This document shows, one piece after another, positions 11,280 through 23,499 of a stretch of 64,000 bases of DNA (its first letter is position 1; each line of letters opens with the position of its first letter). The translations under genes were made by a program, and so were the position numbers. The notes under the pieces are model-generated. The model made no database searches. It was not told where the DNA came from and saw nothing but the letters and a program-made list of their open reading frames with translations. Origin of the DNA: Camelus ferus. Lineage: Eukaryota. The stretch is taken from the NCBI RefSeq assembly GCF_009834535.1, contig NC_045697.1:92196001-92260000 (forward strand), written 5' to 3'.

Positions 11280-12900
11280 AATTTTAGTATTTCACTATCA
11301 CATATAAACAGATAAAAAGAATCATCAGACATTTGAAGAAGGCCTCTAACATGAAAAAAGTCTTAATAAAGAAAGGGAAAAAAAGGGAATGTGGAGGAAA
11401 TAGAGAACATTTTGTAAACAGAAATCTCAGAGAGAAAATTTAAAATGATTATATGTATGAAAAAAATAGAATCCTATAATAAGAAATATTTAAAGAACAG
11501 AATTAACTCTGTGTGTATGTATAACTATATATAAAGATATAGTTGACAAAAAATGTCTGGTTAAGAAACAAAAGACATGGGAATATATAAGAAAAATACA
11601 TCAAAGTTAGGGAATCAATCCAGAAGTATCAATATCTAATAATAAGAGTTCCAAAAAATATAAGAGAACGTATGGAAGTGAACATTTATATTTAACTATT
11701 ATGCAAATATCCCATAACTGAATAATAGTTTCCAGAAGAATCCAAAAAGTCCCCATAGCAATGACTGAACAAAACACCTATACCAAAACCATTCACCCTA
11801 AAATTTCACAACAGTGGATATAGAGTGAAGATTCTAAATTCTTACAGAGGGAGGGGAAAAAAAGACAGGCACTCTCAAAAGGAACATGATACAGAATGTC
11901 CTTAGCCTTCTCATTGGAAGCTAGAAGAATGTGGAATGATGTTTTCAAAATTCTGAGACAAGATGGTGTATATCCAGCCAGACCACCAATCACGTTTGAA
12001 GGCTATATAAGGATTTTCAGATATTCAAAGTCTTGATGCACATATTCATCCTCAAGAAGCTAACTGGAGTTTGTGCTCTGCACAGTTGAATGAGAAAAGC
12101 AAGTGAAAGAATGGATACACTGGAAAGAGCATTCCCACAGAAGAGGAGTGAAAGTTGACCGGCAACAGAAGGAAGTCCCAAGATGACCACCAAGCAAGAA
12201 GTCTAGAGAGCAAATGATTCAGATTGGAGCTGGAGGGCAAAGGACTTCAGGAGGAATACCTCCAAGAAAAAGTAAAAGTGAGTAAGAATGTGTTTAGGTC
12301 CTTTGAGGAGACATTTAAAGATTGTTTGAGGACGAACTAGTAATGGTCACACTGAAAGGTGACCAAATGAAAAAATTAACTCCAGGACAACAATGAATTG
12401 AGCAGAATATGAAATATAATGTTAATATACTACATGGCATATTCTACATGGCTTAGCTATGAATAATATTTACATAGTCACATAATGCAAATACTGACTA
12501 TTGAGTTAACTACTAAACACTAAGAATCTCATTTATGTGATTCTATTGGAAGAAATGTGTGTGTATGTGTGTGTAAATAGGTATATGCTTATACATGTGG
12601 TTATAAATTTGTGCTTTTGCAGAGAGAGGGCAGCATAAGAAAGCTCAATTGTTCTCTTGTGTTTTCCATTTTGGCAGGTCCATAGATACTGCTTATGATT
12701 GAATAATCAAGAAAACAGGATACCCATGTGATTCAGAAACTAGAGGTAAATTACAGAAGAAATAGCTAAAATGTTAAATGGAGCATGGTATCTGGAGTTT
12801 ACAATATGAAGTATGGAAGAGTAGAACAAAAGACTTGTTTTGGTACAAGATTCATAGAACTATTAAACTCTTTCAGTAATAAGTGGTATAATTTTGCTAA
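11280..12900 (+). mobile_element. HAL1-like (half-L1, ORF1-only) element fossil
   Basis: L1 ORF1-like remnants (ggaagctagaagaatgtggaatgatgttttcaaaattctgag) followed by gtcccaagatgac...ctagagagcaa...cagattggagc, which is HAL1-type 3' sequence rather than ORF2. Confidence 0.7.
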
Positions 12901-15900
12901 AAATGAGAATCAAAGAAACAACAGGTAGAATACTCCTGAATACAAAATAGCCCCAGTGAAGAAAGTAAATGAATGGCCATGGAAACAGTTGTTTTTTTGT
13001 TTTTTAATTTGTCAATTCTTTTGTACCTATAAAATAAGCATGCCATGAGCATGTATAATCTCTTCAAAAATTAATCATATGATATATAAAGGGAAAAAAA
13101 CCCCAAGGACTATGATGTTATATAATCATGCCCCTCCAAAATATATACGTAGTTTTAATAAAATGTTGCCTGAAATACAGGCACAAATAGACCGTAAGTA
13201 TGTACAGGATACCTTGAAGAAGATGTCATATAATTAACTTAGCACCTTCCATCTTAATGGTATTCCATTGTGAAAAATACAGTTTAAAAGTTGAGACAAA
13301 ATCTTGGAATCAGTATCTCTTCAAAAACTTTTAATGGACACTTGCCTATTTTTTAAATTTTCTGTTCAATAGAAACACATGATGCTCTGTCTTAGTGATT
13401 TCATAATTGATTATTCTGAAAATTAACATTTTCAAGTTTTGATATTTTATGCAATAAAGGCATTCCATTTTTTACATTATTTGTATTCCACCATGGGAGT
13501 TTGTAAATATAACATGTGTCTATCCCAGAATAGCAACTACCTAGTAAATAGGTCCAGATGTTTAGGATAACAACTTTCCACCTGCATGTCTTTAGGACTC
13601 CTTTGCCCTCTCCCTCTCCACCTCCCACCAAGTTCCCTTCTGTCATATCTTATTTAATGTAGCAGATGTGATTAACTAGAGACATACAACAGCTTTTTAA
13701 AAATTGAACAATTACAGATTTTATCAGCATGGTAATAAAAAGTTATCATATCTTTCAAACTCAGAAAACCATTGGGTGCTAGAAAACATTTAAATAAGTT
13801 TATATTTCTCACACTAAGAGTCCCTGATTTTTCAAAGAATAGTGCACATTGACAGCTACAAAGAGCTTTAAGGAGGGGGAGTGTTTTTTTCTTGTAAAAT
13901 ACATAGTCCAGTCTAAATGTGATGGCTGCATTTGAAACCATATAGAGTTAGAGAGATGGGGAGGTTTAGTTTCCTGAGTGACATATAGTCCTATGTAATT
14001 TAAGTGGTATGTCTTTAGAGAAATCTGTCCTGTTGGGATAAAGGGAACTCTAGTAATATCTTGAGTGTACCCAAGGGTGGATGTATTCTTATGCAAATAC
14101 AATAACCACCGTTCCATATAGGAAGCTCCCGTCTATGCATGATGCTGCTCCTGTGCCAAGCTACTGAGGGAGAGAAAAATGATTACGCTATATATGTCCA
14201 ATTGATTCTGCCTCTCTTGTGGAGTGTGTCAAATAAATTGCATTTTTCCTGAGCCCATTTAGAAGGAGTATTATCCTGCTGTGTTCCTTTGGATCCTGTA
14301 CAGATTTCTGATTGCTGAATTGTAACACTAATCATAATAATTATCTATGTAATAAGTTCACAATATGAATTGTTACAGATGGTCACATTTTCTATCACAG
14401 AGCAATCAAGCTTATTTGTACAATCTACTTGCTCCCAGATAAAACAAAAGGCAACATGTAAGTTTTTGTATGTTCATCACACATTATAAGTGGCAATTTA
14501 GGTCTAGTACATCAGAGAAAATGAGAGATGATAAGAGAGAATGCTAAAGAACTTTTCAATAAAGCATATTTGGATTTTGCTATTAGTTTTACAGATATTA
14601 TCATTATATATCCAATTAAATACTAAAGATTTGTTTTTTTCACAGCAAGCAATTTTGTTTTTCCTATCTAGAATCTGACAAAAGAGGATTTTGACAAAAG
14701 AGGATATGCAAATGAATTATAATTCAAATATAATACTACAAATATTAGTTATTGAAATAGAATGTAGAGCAAATTTATGACCTTCAAAAAAATGGTCTTC
14801 TAGGATTGACTACAGTTGGAAACAGTTTACCTTCTCTGTCACTTCAACAATTGCCATGTGGGCCTTTAGTTAATGAGCCAAATCTGGTCACCACTTACAG
14901 GTGTTGTCAGAACTGAAGAAGTATTTTGCTGATATTGACACTGATACTTTGCTGAAGAGATATTTTATTTTTGTCTTGTTACTTATTCTGAAACATGGCC
15001 CATTTTGCTGACCAATGTTTTCTACTAGTATGCCAACAAATTCATTACAGCAAAGGGGAAATTACTTCTCTGACTTTTATTTAGTATTTTATCAAAATCA
15101 AAGGAGCCTCTGGCATTATGAGGTTAAATGCACAGAACATACTTGAAAAGACTAGGAACCTTATTTGATTGTCTTATGGTGTCTAACTTGTATCTATTCA
15201 TGATCAAATAGAAGCAAATATTCAATATACATCTGTAAAGGTGATTACATCCCATATCTCTGCTCTGAGTTCATTTTTGGTTTTACTAGTGGTTTAATTT
15301 TTAACCACTAGGATTTTATACTGGTCCCTCCTGAAATAAAAACCAGACATGATTTTTGGATTGTAACTTCATATCCTAGTCACTGTTCTATACTGTGCTT
15401 TCTGCACTGGAACCTCAGTATTGAAGTAGTTGTTAAAAGTATCAGGAGTGAAATTATGTAACAGCTTTTTAATTATACAAGTGACTTACAAATTTTAAAC
15501 TGAACATCATAAATCCATTTGAATAGACACACAACATTTGTAATGCCTGAGAAGTGAAGGTCTCAGATATTCTTTAGAAAATAAAAACATGCAGAGTGAA
15601 TTTTTTTTGAGGCCCATCTGATAAGTTTATCCTCTTCACATTCATATGTACATGATAAAGTGAATGCTATCTTTTAACTCTTTGTTTTGAGTTACAACTG
15701 TCATTTGTATTTCCTGAAAATTTGATTCCTCTTTAATGTAAAGAATAAAATTTAAACTTCCCAACTTTCTAATCTGAAAAACCAAGAAATGAAAACTCTG
15801 TTCTGGGACAGCTAGAAGATGTCAATTAATTCATTTAAACTCCAACAGAAAATAACAGAGTAACAGACATTATGTTCCTTTGGATGGCTGGCAGATAATT

Positions 15901-16719
15901 AACCGAATGATTACAAAATGTTCAAATATAAATAAATAATTCACAGTCAATTTTATTTTTACTACATATTAAAGGATGCATAATGCAATACAAGCCATAT
16001 TAATATGCCATAGAGATTTCCATAACTATGCTCTTTCTCTCTGACTCCCAAGGATGTGCCTTCTTACAAGACCATGATATTACATAAATGATTTTTAGGC
16101 TAATATATACATATATTTTTTTTGATATTTTTCAAGAGTGAACGTTACAATAGCTAACATTTATTTTTATAAGATAAGAAAGACATCTTTTTCATTCCAG
16201 AGTCATAAAATACTTTTCAAGAGAAGTATTTAGGGGTATAAAGGGTATAGACATAAAAAAATAATCTATAAATACATTTTCTTACAAAATATTACTTCCA
16301 GGTTCTAGATATCAAATCATAATTTTCTCAAGTAAAAATATTTGCTACATCCAAATATCAAGTGCATGCTTTTCAAAGATTTATTAGCTCATTAATGATT
16401 GAAATAGTTAAAGGGTAAAGCTATTTCAAGGAGCATTTTGAGGAATCAGGCAAATATAGGCAGGTAAAAGATTAAAGCTGGTGAATGATCAACAGAGGGG
16501 TAAAAAGCAGAAATTGGAGGTTATCTTTTCTAATGGACATCTTTACCAGACAATAACAAATGAATGCATAATTTCTAGAGTCTAAAGATAGACAAAAAGT
16601 ACATTACCCTAGATGATGAAATAATACTTGAGTGAACTTGACACATTATGTTCCTAGACTCTCTTGGCCTTATTAGTATAAGTTTTCCACAATTTTTCTG
16701 TACACAAGTATCAACCCTA

Positions 16720-17960
16720 ATTCCTGGTACCTTACTTGTAGCTCTGATTTCATTCACACTCTGAAGCTCCATTATCACTCAGTCTTTCCGTTTAAGCCCT
16801 CCTCTCTCCCTCCGATATTCTATAATTTGCCTATAAAGTATGAGTGGGTGGTTTCTTTATCATCCTTCTTAAGCACTTTGAGTGTCCTTTTAATCCGAGG
16901 TTTCTTTTGTAAAAAAAAAAAAACCAAAAAACAAAATCTGTGAAATTGATATCTATTTTTTACCTCAAATCATTACTTTTCATCTTTATTTCTTCTGTTT
17001 TTGAAATAAATCAATCTTATTTTCCAGATATCAGCACTTTTTCTTCCAGCATCCCTATCTCTAGTTTATCTTTTAGTCTTTTGTGTTTCTTTGTTATTTC
17101 TTTCTCCAAGAAATTTTCTTGATCTGATCTTCTTGCTAATATATTCCTCATCTATATCCATATGGTCCTAAATTCTATTTGTATTTATTTTAATATTATA
17201 TATATATTTTTCTATTTTATATATTTTGTTATTCCTGTTTCATCTTAATAGTATCTTCTCTTTTATCTTTAGCTTATCATTTCACTAATTTTAAATTGTG
17301 ATAAATATGTTCTAATACTTCTCCTTCTAACAGAGTTAGCAGTTGCATTTCTCCAGTGTCTTGTTGTTTATACCTGTGAGTTCATTTCCCCTTAGGAATA
17401 GAAGCTACTCTGTCTATCAGTGCTTATGAAGGAAAGTCAGACTTTTAAGTGTCAACTCCAAAGTGCTTAGGGCATTTGGGGCAAGGGGAATAGATGAGTC
17501 CCAGAGTGGAAAATCCCAGTGACCAGTAAACCATTTCTAATGACCAACCCCATTAAACAAAGCCTTGGCTAAATGGCTTCACCTTTTACCTTCCAAGGAG
17601 AATCAGCATTAGGACAGACAATCCCTACAATACAGTGTCTCCAACACCCAAGGGCGTTTGCAGATGGGATGGGCAAGTGGCTGTGCAAATTGAGTCTCCA
17701 TCTCTTTCTGTCAAGCTCTCTTTTGTCAGGGCTTCTGTGCTGTTCTGATTTTATTCTCGACCATGTGTATTGGAGTTCTGAATGGTCACCAGAGCCGAAC
17801 ACTCTTAGTCCCAAGATAGTTTTGGGGAGAGACTGAAGCAGAACTGCCATAGATCCCTCCCATTGTTGGTTCTCACAGGCTGCCTCTTGCTCAGTCAGAA
17901 GCGCCCCCTCACGCATACCGGTTCCAACTTCTGTCACTACAAGATTTTCTTACATTTCTA
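16720..17960 (-). mobile_element. HAL1 or old L1M 5'/ORF1 fossil
   Basis: T-rich antisense ORF1-like tract (gagtgtccttttaatccgagg...ttctccaagaaattttcttgatctgatcttc) followed by a GC-richer 5'UTR-like region. Confidence 0.5.
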
Positions 17961-19689
17961 GTTTGATTTGTTTTCACTTTTACTATCAAAATCATATACA
18001 ATTTGAAGTAAGACTTTTTAAATCATAATCCACAAGTTTATAATATGAAGCAAGCAAAATAAAGTGAAAAACACAGTTTAACTATAAATATTTCATTGTC
18101 AGGTTTCTATAAAATAGCAGTGCTATTAATGGAAATGTTCCATATTCTATATGCATTTCTCTGCAGTCTTTTAAATGTGTTTTGTAGAGGGAAAAGAAAG
18201 TCTAGATATTTTTCAATTGTGATGCTCTTTGGCTATAGCTGGATTATCATTTGGAAATGCTCTATTTTGCAAGGAAAAGAAATGTAGCAAGAATCTTTAA
18301 CATTTATTTAGACCTAGTTAAAAGGTGGCATGAAAATCTAGGCCTTTCATCTCTTCTTGAATGATTTCTTATTCAAACTGAGCTGGAGTTCTGAGAGCAG
18401 AATGTTATGCTTTCTTGGGTCCCCATTCAAGAGAGCCTTTAATTCACTGTGTTTCATAATAAATCTTAGGAGAGCCAGTTATGACAATATATGCAATTAT
18501 GTGCCCTACTTGGACAGTGCATGGCTTTCAGCTCTGCAGTATTGTGTATTCTCCATCCATTGACTTCAGGCAACAAACATGTAAAACAGTAGGCTGATGG
18601 TATGTCCTCTGATTGATTTTTACCTATATTTAAGCTATTTTAAGCAGTTTTAGGTTGAAAATTGTTTCTTTTTGTTTGTGAGGATTATGAACAACTGAGG
18701 TACTTGGCTATTGTTACATGGGGCTCAGAGCTCGGGTTTTGTGTATGAATTATTTTGTAAGGGATTATGAGTTTGGCCAAGTTTGCATTTTTTTTCTTTT
18801 GTGTTTGTTTTAAAATATGCACAGCCTGTGGTTATCTGAAAAGTTGATAAAAGTACTCATGAATTTTCCCTTGTGAAAAATAATGCTTTGAATTTAAACT
18901 TTAACTTGGAGAGAAATTCCACATCTTGGAACATGGCAGAAAGAGAAATCAGTAACATGATTCCATGGAAATCAGCTGAGGAATACATTCCATTTGATGA
19001 TGATTGCTACTAATTGGGAGGAATTGATTCTTGCTATTTGCAGCATCATAGTCACTGTACAGCAGGATGATACACTCCTGAGCTCCTAGTTCATGGGAAA
19101 TACTGATATGAATCTTTGATCTATTTATAATAGCACTGGATATTTTTCTTATATCAACTCTGGCAAAGGTAGAAAAGGATAGGAATGAAAATGGTTTAGT
19201 GCATAGGTGCTTCAACTACCATTGTACTTCCGTGGTTCAGGTTATAACACATGTCCCTAGAACAAATCCTATTTTTCACATAATGTAATAACAACACTGC
19301 TGTTACATAGTGGTTGGTACTATAAAATGTGCTGGGAGATGAATGCTGTTATTATGAAAATCCTATTAGCAAGTCTCTACGTACTATACATGCAGGGCAG
19401 ATTTATTAACATACACTCTGCAGTCACTTTCCTGAAAACAGTTTTACCAGCTATGAAATACTATGCAGTAATGCCATTAATAAATGTATCTAATTGCAGT
19501 ATATAAAAGTGAAACGTTGAATAGCTTGAAATGGCCTCTGTGAATGGTGAGATTATTTCAAGTAGATGCGCTGAGCAATGGATACACTTTGTTACCCCTT
19601 TTTTCATACAGCCACATGCCAAGTAATAGATCATTAAAGTGCACAATCAGTTAGGCTAATGAGAAAATGCTGGTTCTTTTACAAAAAGT

Positions 19690-19708
19690 TGTCAGTAGGT
19701 GGCAGTGT
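19690..19708 (+). promoter_or_regulatory. Candidate CTCF binding motif
   Basis: tgtcagtaggtggcagtgt is close to the CTCF core CCAGYAGRKGGCRS, in non-repetitive DNA. Confidence 0.3.
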
Positions 19709-21072
19709 GACTCTTTTATAAGGCATTTTTATTCCATATGGAACTAAAAACTTGAGATCATTCACATTTGCTACCTAAATTACTGTAATTTTTCCCCAAA
19801 AAAGGGCTCCAAGAGCCATTTTAAACTATTCTTTAAATAATTGATAGTTACAAATGAAAAGCCAAGCTGAGAATTTCCGAAGTGATCAAAGTAGTTTTAA
19901 TTTTCCATTGTTCATGGTTGAATAAAAATAATGTTACAAATGATACCATCAATAACCAGGGAATGCAGAGCCTCCATTTCAAAGTAAAGCACATTTAGCA
20001 AATCCATATTATGCCCTCACTTAGGCACCATCACCAGCTATGGCCCATTGGTGCACTATTTATTACAAGACTCTGAGGAATAATGTTATATTGAACATTT
20101 AAAATTTTTCCTATCTTTTTTATCCTTTCAGCTCTCTTCTTATCCACATAAATCACCACTGTTATTCTGTTATTTCCAGTGATACTTTATATAAATACCC
20201 ACATGCCTATATATTACATATATGCATATATAATAATATAATTTTAAATATACCTTAAATCAAAGAGTGCTAGACAGTCTGCATATATATTAAGAGGCCA
20301 TGGTTTCTGACTTCATTATAAATTATTAAAAAAAAACCCAAAAGAGTAGTATATTCTTGAGGGAAATTCTGGGAATTGAGTTATGGCTACTGTGGAATTC
20401 TAAGAAAAGGAAAAATGTTGAAATTCTTAGACAATTCTATCAGAAGATACAAAGACAGTATTCAGCTCTACAGAATAATTTTAATCATATTGAGCCTTAA
20501 ACTTGTGATTTCATTTTGGGGTATATAAGGGGTAAAGATAAAGATGTATTATTAGGAGTGGGATTTTATGAATGTGCAATACACCACAACAGGGAATCAC
20601 TGGTCAGTTAAAAATACAGTTACTAAAAAGAAAAAAAATACAGTTACTAGTCATGTTCTAAGCTGTGGGAAAGTCAGTTAAATAGCCTGAGTTACCATTT
20701 TATCAAATATGTGAATGGAAATAACTTGTCAATATCTAATATTTTTTCAGATCTGATTAGTGATGGAAAGTTTACCCTTTGATACTTTGATTAGCAAGGC
20801 ATACTAAAATGGGAACCATCCAATCCTGGGAATCCTATTCAGTCCAGGATCTCTGAGACCTAATTGGTGTCCACCCCAGAGGAACTAGAACCAATTCGTT
20901 TGTGTCTTGAAAATTAGAATTTTTAAAGGCTGGCTTCCTTCTTTTCATAACTCCTTAAAATAAGTTTTCCTGAATGTGGCAATGGGAAATCCATGAACAA
21001 CAAAGGATCCTTGAACTATATTTAGACATACAATTTAAGAATAATATTGCCAGTGATTAGAAGTAGGGATAG

Positions 21073-22070
21073 TGTGGAGGATAAAAAATAATTTTTCTTC
21101 TACCTGTTGACCTAAAGAAAAACACAGAACATAAGAGTTGTGAGTTTAAGTTTTATCCAGGGTCCTACTGAGGACTGTAGCCTGGGAGACAGGTATTCAA
21201 TTAACTCTGAGGAAGTGCTCTGTAGAGGTAGGGGAGAGGCCAGTGTACGTATGAATTTTTTGGTTGGAAAATCTATGTAAAAGTCTTGGTAAAAGTTTGC
21301 TGCTAATTACAAAGAAGAGATATCTCAAGTTAATGATATAGTGCTTTTCCAAGTATGGGAAGATGCAAGAATCTGGGGTCACTGAAATTCTTCCTGAGAT
21401 ATATACCTAACTATCTAAGGGCCTGTTTATTCAAAACATAGAGTGCCTCATCCTGTTTTTCATCCTGAATCCCTCTCAGGTTGCACTAGGGGTGGACCAC
21501 TGCAGGATGTTATGACTTAACCCTTGAAGAACTGGGTGGTGAGTAATGATCTTTTGTTCTTTGTTCACATACCCTTCTAGGTTCTTGGCTGAGATACCCC
21601 TCCTCCTATAATAAAAGATAGATTAACAGGAGAAAGGCAAACAGAAGTTTAATAATGTGTGTACCTCCTGTATATCTGGGAGACACCTGGGAAAACTGAA
21701 TAACTCCTTGAAATGGCCCATGCTATCACCTTTAAGTCAAATGTCCAGTAAAGACAAAAGATGTTATGGGGCAGGCTATTAGGAAAAGCACAGTAAACAA
21801 GGGTAAGTTTGTTATGCAGATTTAGTTTGTTGCCTTCACCATTGCAGAGGTGTAGAGCTTTACTGTTCCCTTCTCTTCCTGGTACAGAGAGGGAGACATC
21901 CTTACAAATAGAGATTTACCTTATAAATGTAAATATCTCTCAAAAACAAGTAATTTCTACTCAGTTATCAGAGCTTTTCCTATGCCTGCTGTTTCTTAAA
22001 AATAATCAGCCTAAAAAAATCCTTATGTCAAAGAGGCATATTTTGGTAAGGCAAATTCTGATCACCTTCA
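21073..22070 (-). mobile_element. ERV1 solo LTR (MER34-like), interrupted by a second LTR
   Basis: TG...CA termini and perfect 4-bp TSD ATAG (21069-21072, 22071-22074); right end ccttatgtcaaagaggcatattttgg...aattctgatcaccttca is the reverse complement of the MER34-type start. Confidence 0.85.
21105..21569 (-). mobile_element. ERV1 solo LTR nested inside the MER34-like LTR
   Basis: TG...CA termini and perfect 4-bp TSD TACC (21101-21104, 21570-21573); removing it restores continuous outer-LTR sequence. Confidence 0.85.
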
Positions 22071-22227
22071 ATAGCATCCTTTATAGAAATGTAAGATTTA
22101 ATATTTACATATATAAAAGAATTCAAGGAGATAATAACATTTGCTTTGAATTTTTAATTTTATAATTTGAATAAAATCAGTAGTTCTCTTGTATGATTTA
22201 TTTTAGATAAACCTTAGTAGTTTGTAT

Positions 22228-22934
22228 TGTAAGGACAAACATAAATTAAAAACTAGAGGCTTAATTCTCCCTGTTAAAAATGGGGGAAGAGACTTCATTC
22301 CCTTTCTTTTTCTCAGAGCATTTATTTTAGGAAGCTTGTAATTGCAGCAGTTTCTTATCTCTTTCAAATGTATATAAATCCTTTTGAAGACTAAATAGGC
22401 CTTTTGTTGGCCTTTTGTCAGCTTTATGCCCCAGGATAGTTTTTCTCAAGAACCTGCCAGCCATCTCCTGGAAATGCTAGCATCAAGGGAGATAGGACTC
22501 CTGATCTCTCAGTTTTTGTGGGAGAGTAGGAGCCTAATTTCTTGGTGGCCACCTTGCTCCAAGATGCAAAACTATCTCTTGTTGTAATAATGAAAAGTTT
22601 GTTATTCTTTTAGATAAAACTAATTAGCTAACACAGATGGTTAGTACAGTTACCAGGTAAAACTAGTATGAATAATGTGTGACAAATGGTGTTGCCAATT
22701 CCTCTGACTTGAAAACTAGTTATTGTTTACTTTAAATTTTTTGATATAATGGGTTGTATCTGCTTGGCTATATAGAACAGTGACATTTCTTTTTGCCTTT
22801 GCAATCTCTTAGCTGATTGCCTGAGATGCTCACTGCATTCTGGTGTAATGCTTATTCAGTAATAGAAGGGTTTGCTTTCTCTATAAACTTTGTAGAGAGA
22901 ATTTCTAGGTTGTGAGAAGATTTTGTCCCCAACA
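22228..22934 (+). mobile_element. ERV1-type solo LTR
   Basis: tgtaaggacaaa...ccccaaca termini; flanks gtat/gtct (4-bp TSD with one mismatch); TATA-like gctatata in the 3' third. Confidence 0.75.
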
Positions 22935-23433
22935 GTCTTTAACCAGAATTCAGATTTGATTTTCTTGCTTTGGATTTTCTTCCTACCAACTCAATTCAAC
23001 TTTAACTGTTGCTCTGGGCAAGAATCAAATTCCTATACTAGTTACCAATTCCTATTGGTATAGTTGCAATTTATCTTCATGATCGTTCATTATTCATTGA
23101 AGATAATTGTATACCTTATAGCATGCCACTTGTTTCAAATAAAGCATTCAAGCAAAACAAAGAGGAAAGCTATCAGGAATTTTAATACTTTGTAAAATAA
23201 GGAAGCAAATCCTTTAGATGAATTTCCATTTTAAAAAATTCATGAAGTAGTGTTTTAGGCAATAAAAATAGCTTTCTTTGGCAACATTTGTGGCTAAACC
23301 AGTGTTAAGAAGAATTGTAAAACTAATAAAATACTAGTCAGAATTCTATCATTCCATTTGTGAAAGAAACTATATTTATCATTAAAAAGGATTTATGCAT
23401 ATATCCTATTAAAATAGCATTTTCTTTTTACAG

Positions 23434-23499
23434 AAAAAATGAGGAGACAGAGACTTTTGACTTTCCCTGGAAATAGTCACATTAAAATAATAATTCATG
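23434..23499 (+). other. Exon-like 66-bp segment, probably non-coding
   Basis: Strong acceptor ttttctttttacag and donor ATG|GTGAGT; one open frame (KMRRQRLLTFPGNSHIKIIIH), not recognised. Confidence 0.35.

Noticed and set aside
14676..14706. Small direct duplications (tgacaaaagaggat x2; similar ones at ~20610-20648, ~48813-48854, ~51492-51513)
   Set aside because: Two-copy slippage duplications with no regular spacers; not a CRISPR-like array or other system.
15285..15312. Short inverted repeat ctagtggtt...aaccactag
   Set aside because: 9-bp stem in AT-rich DNA; expected by chance, with no further element structure.
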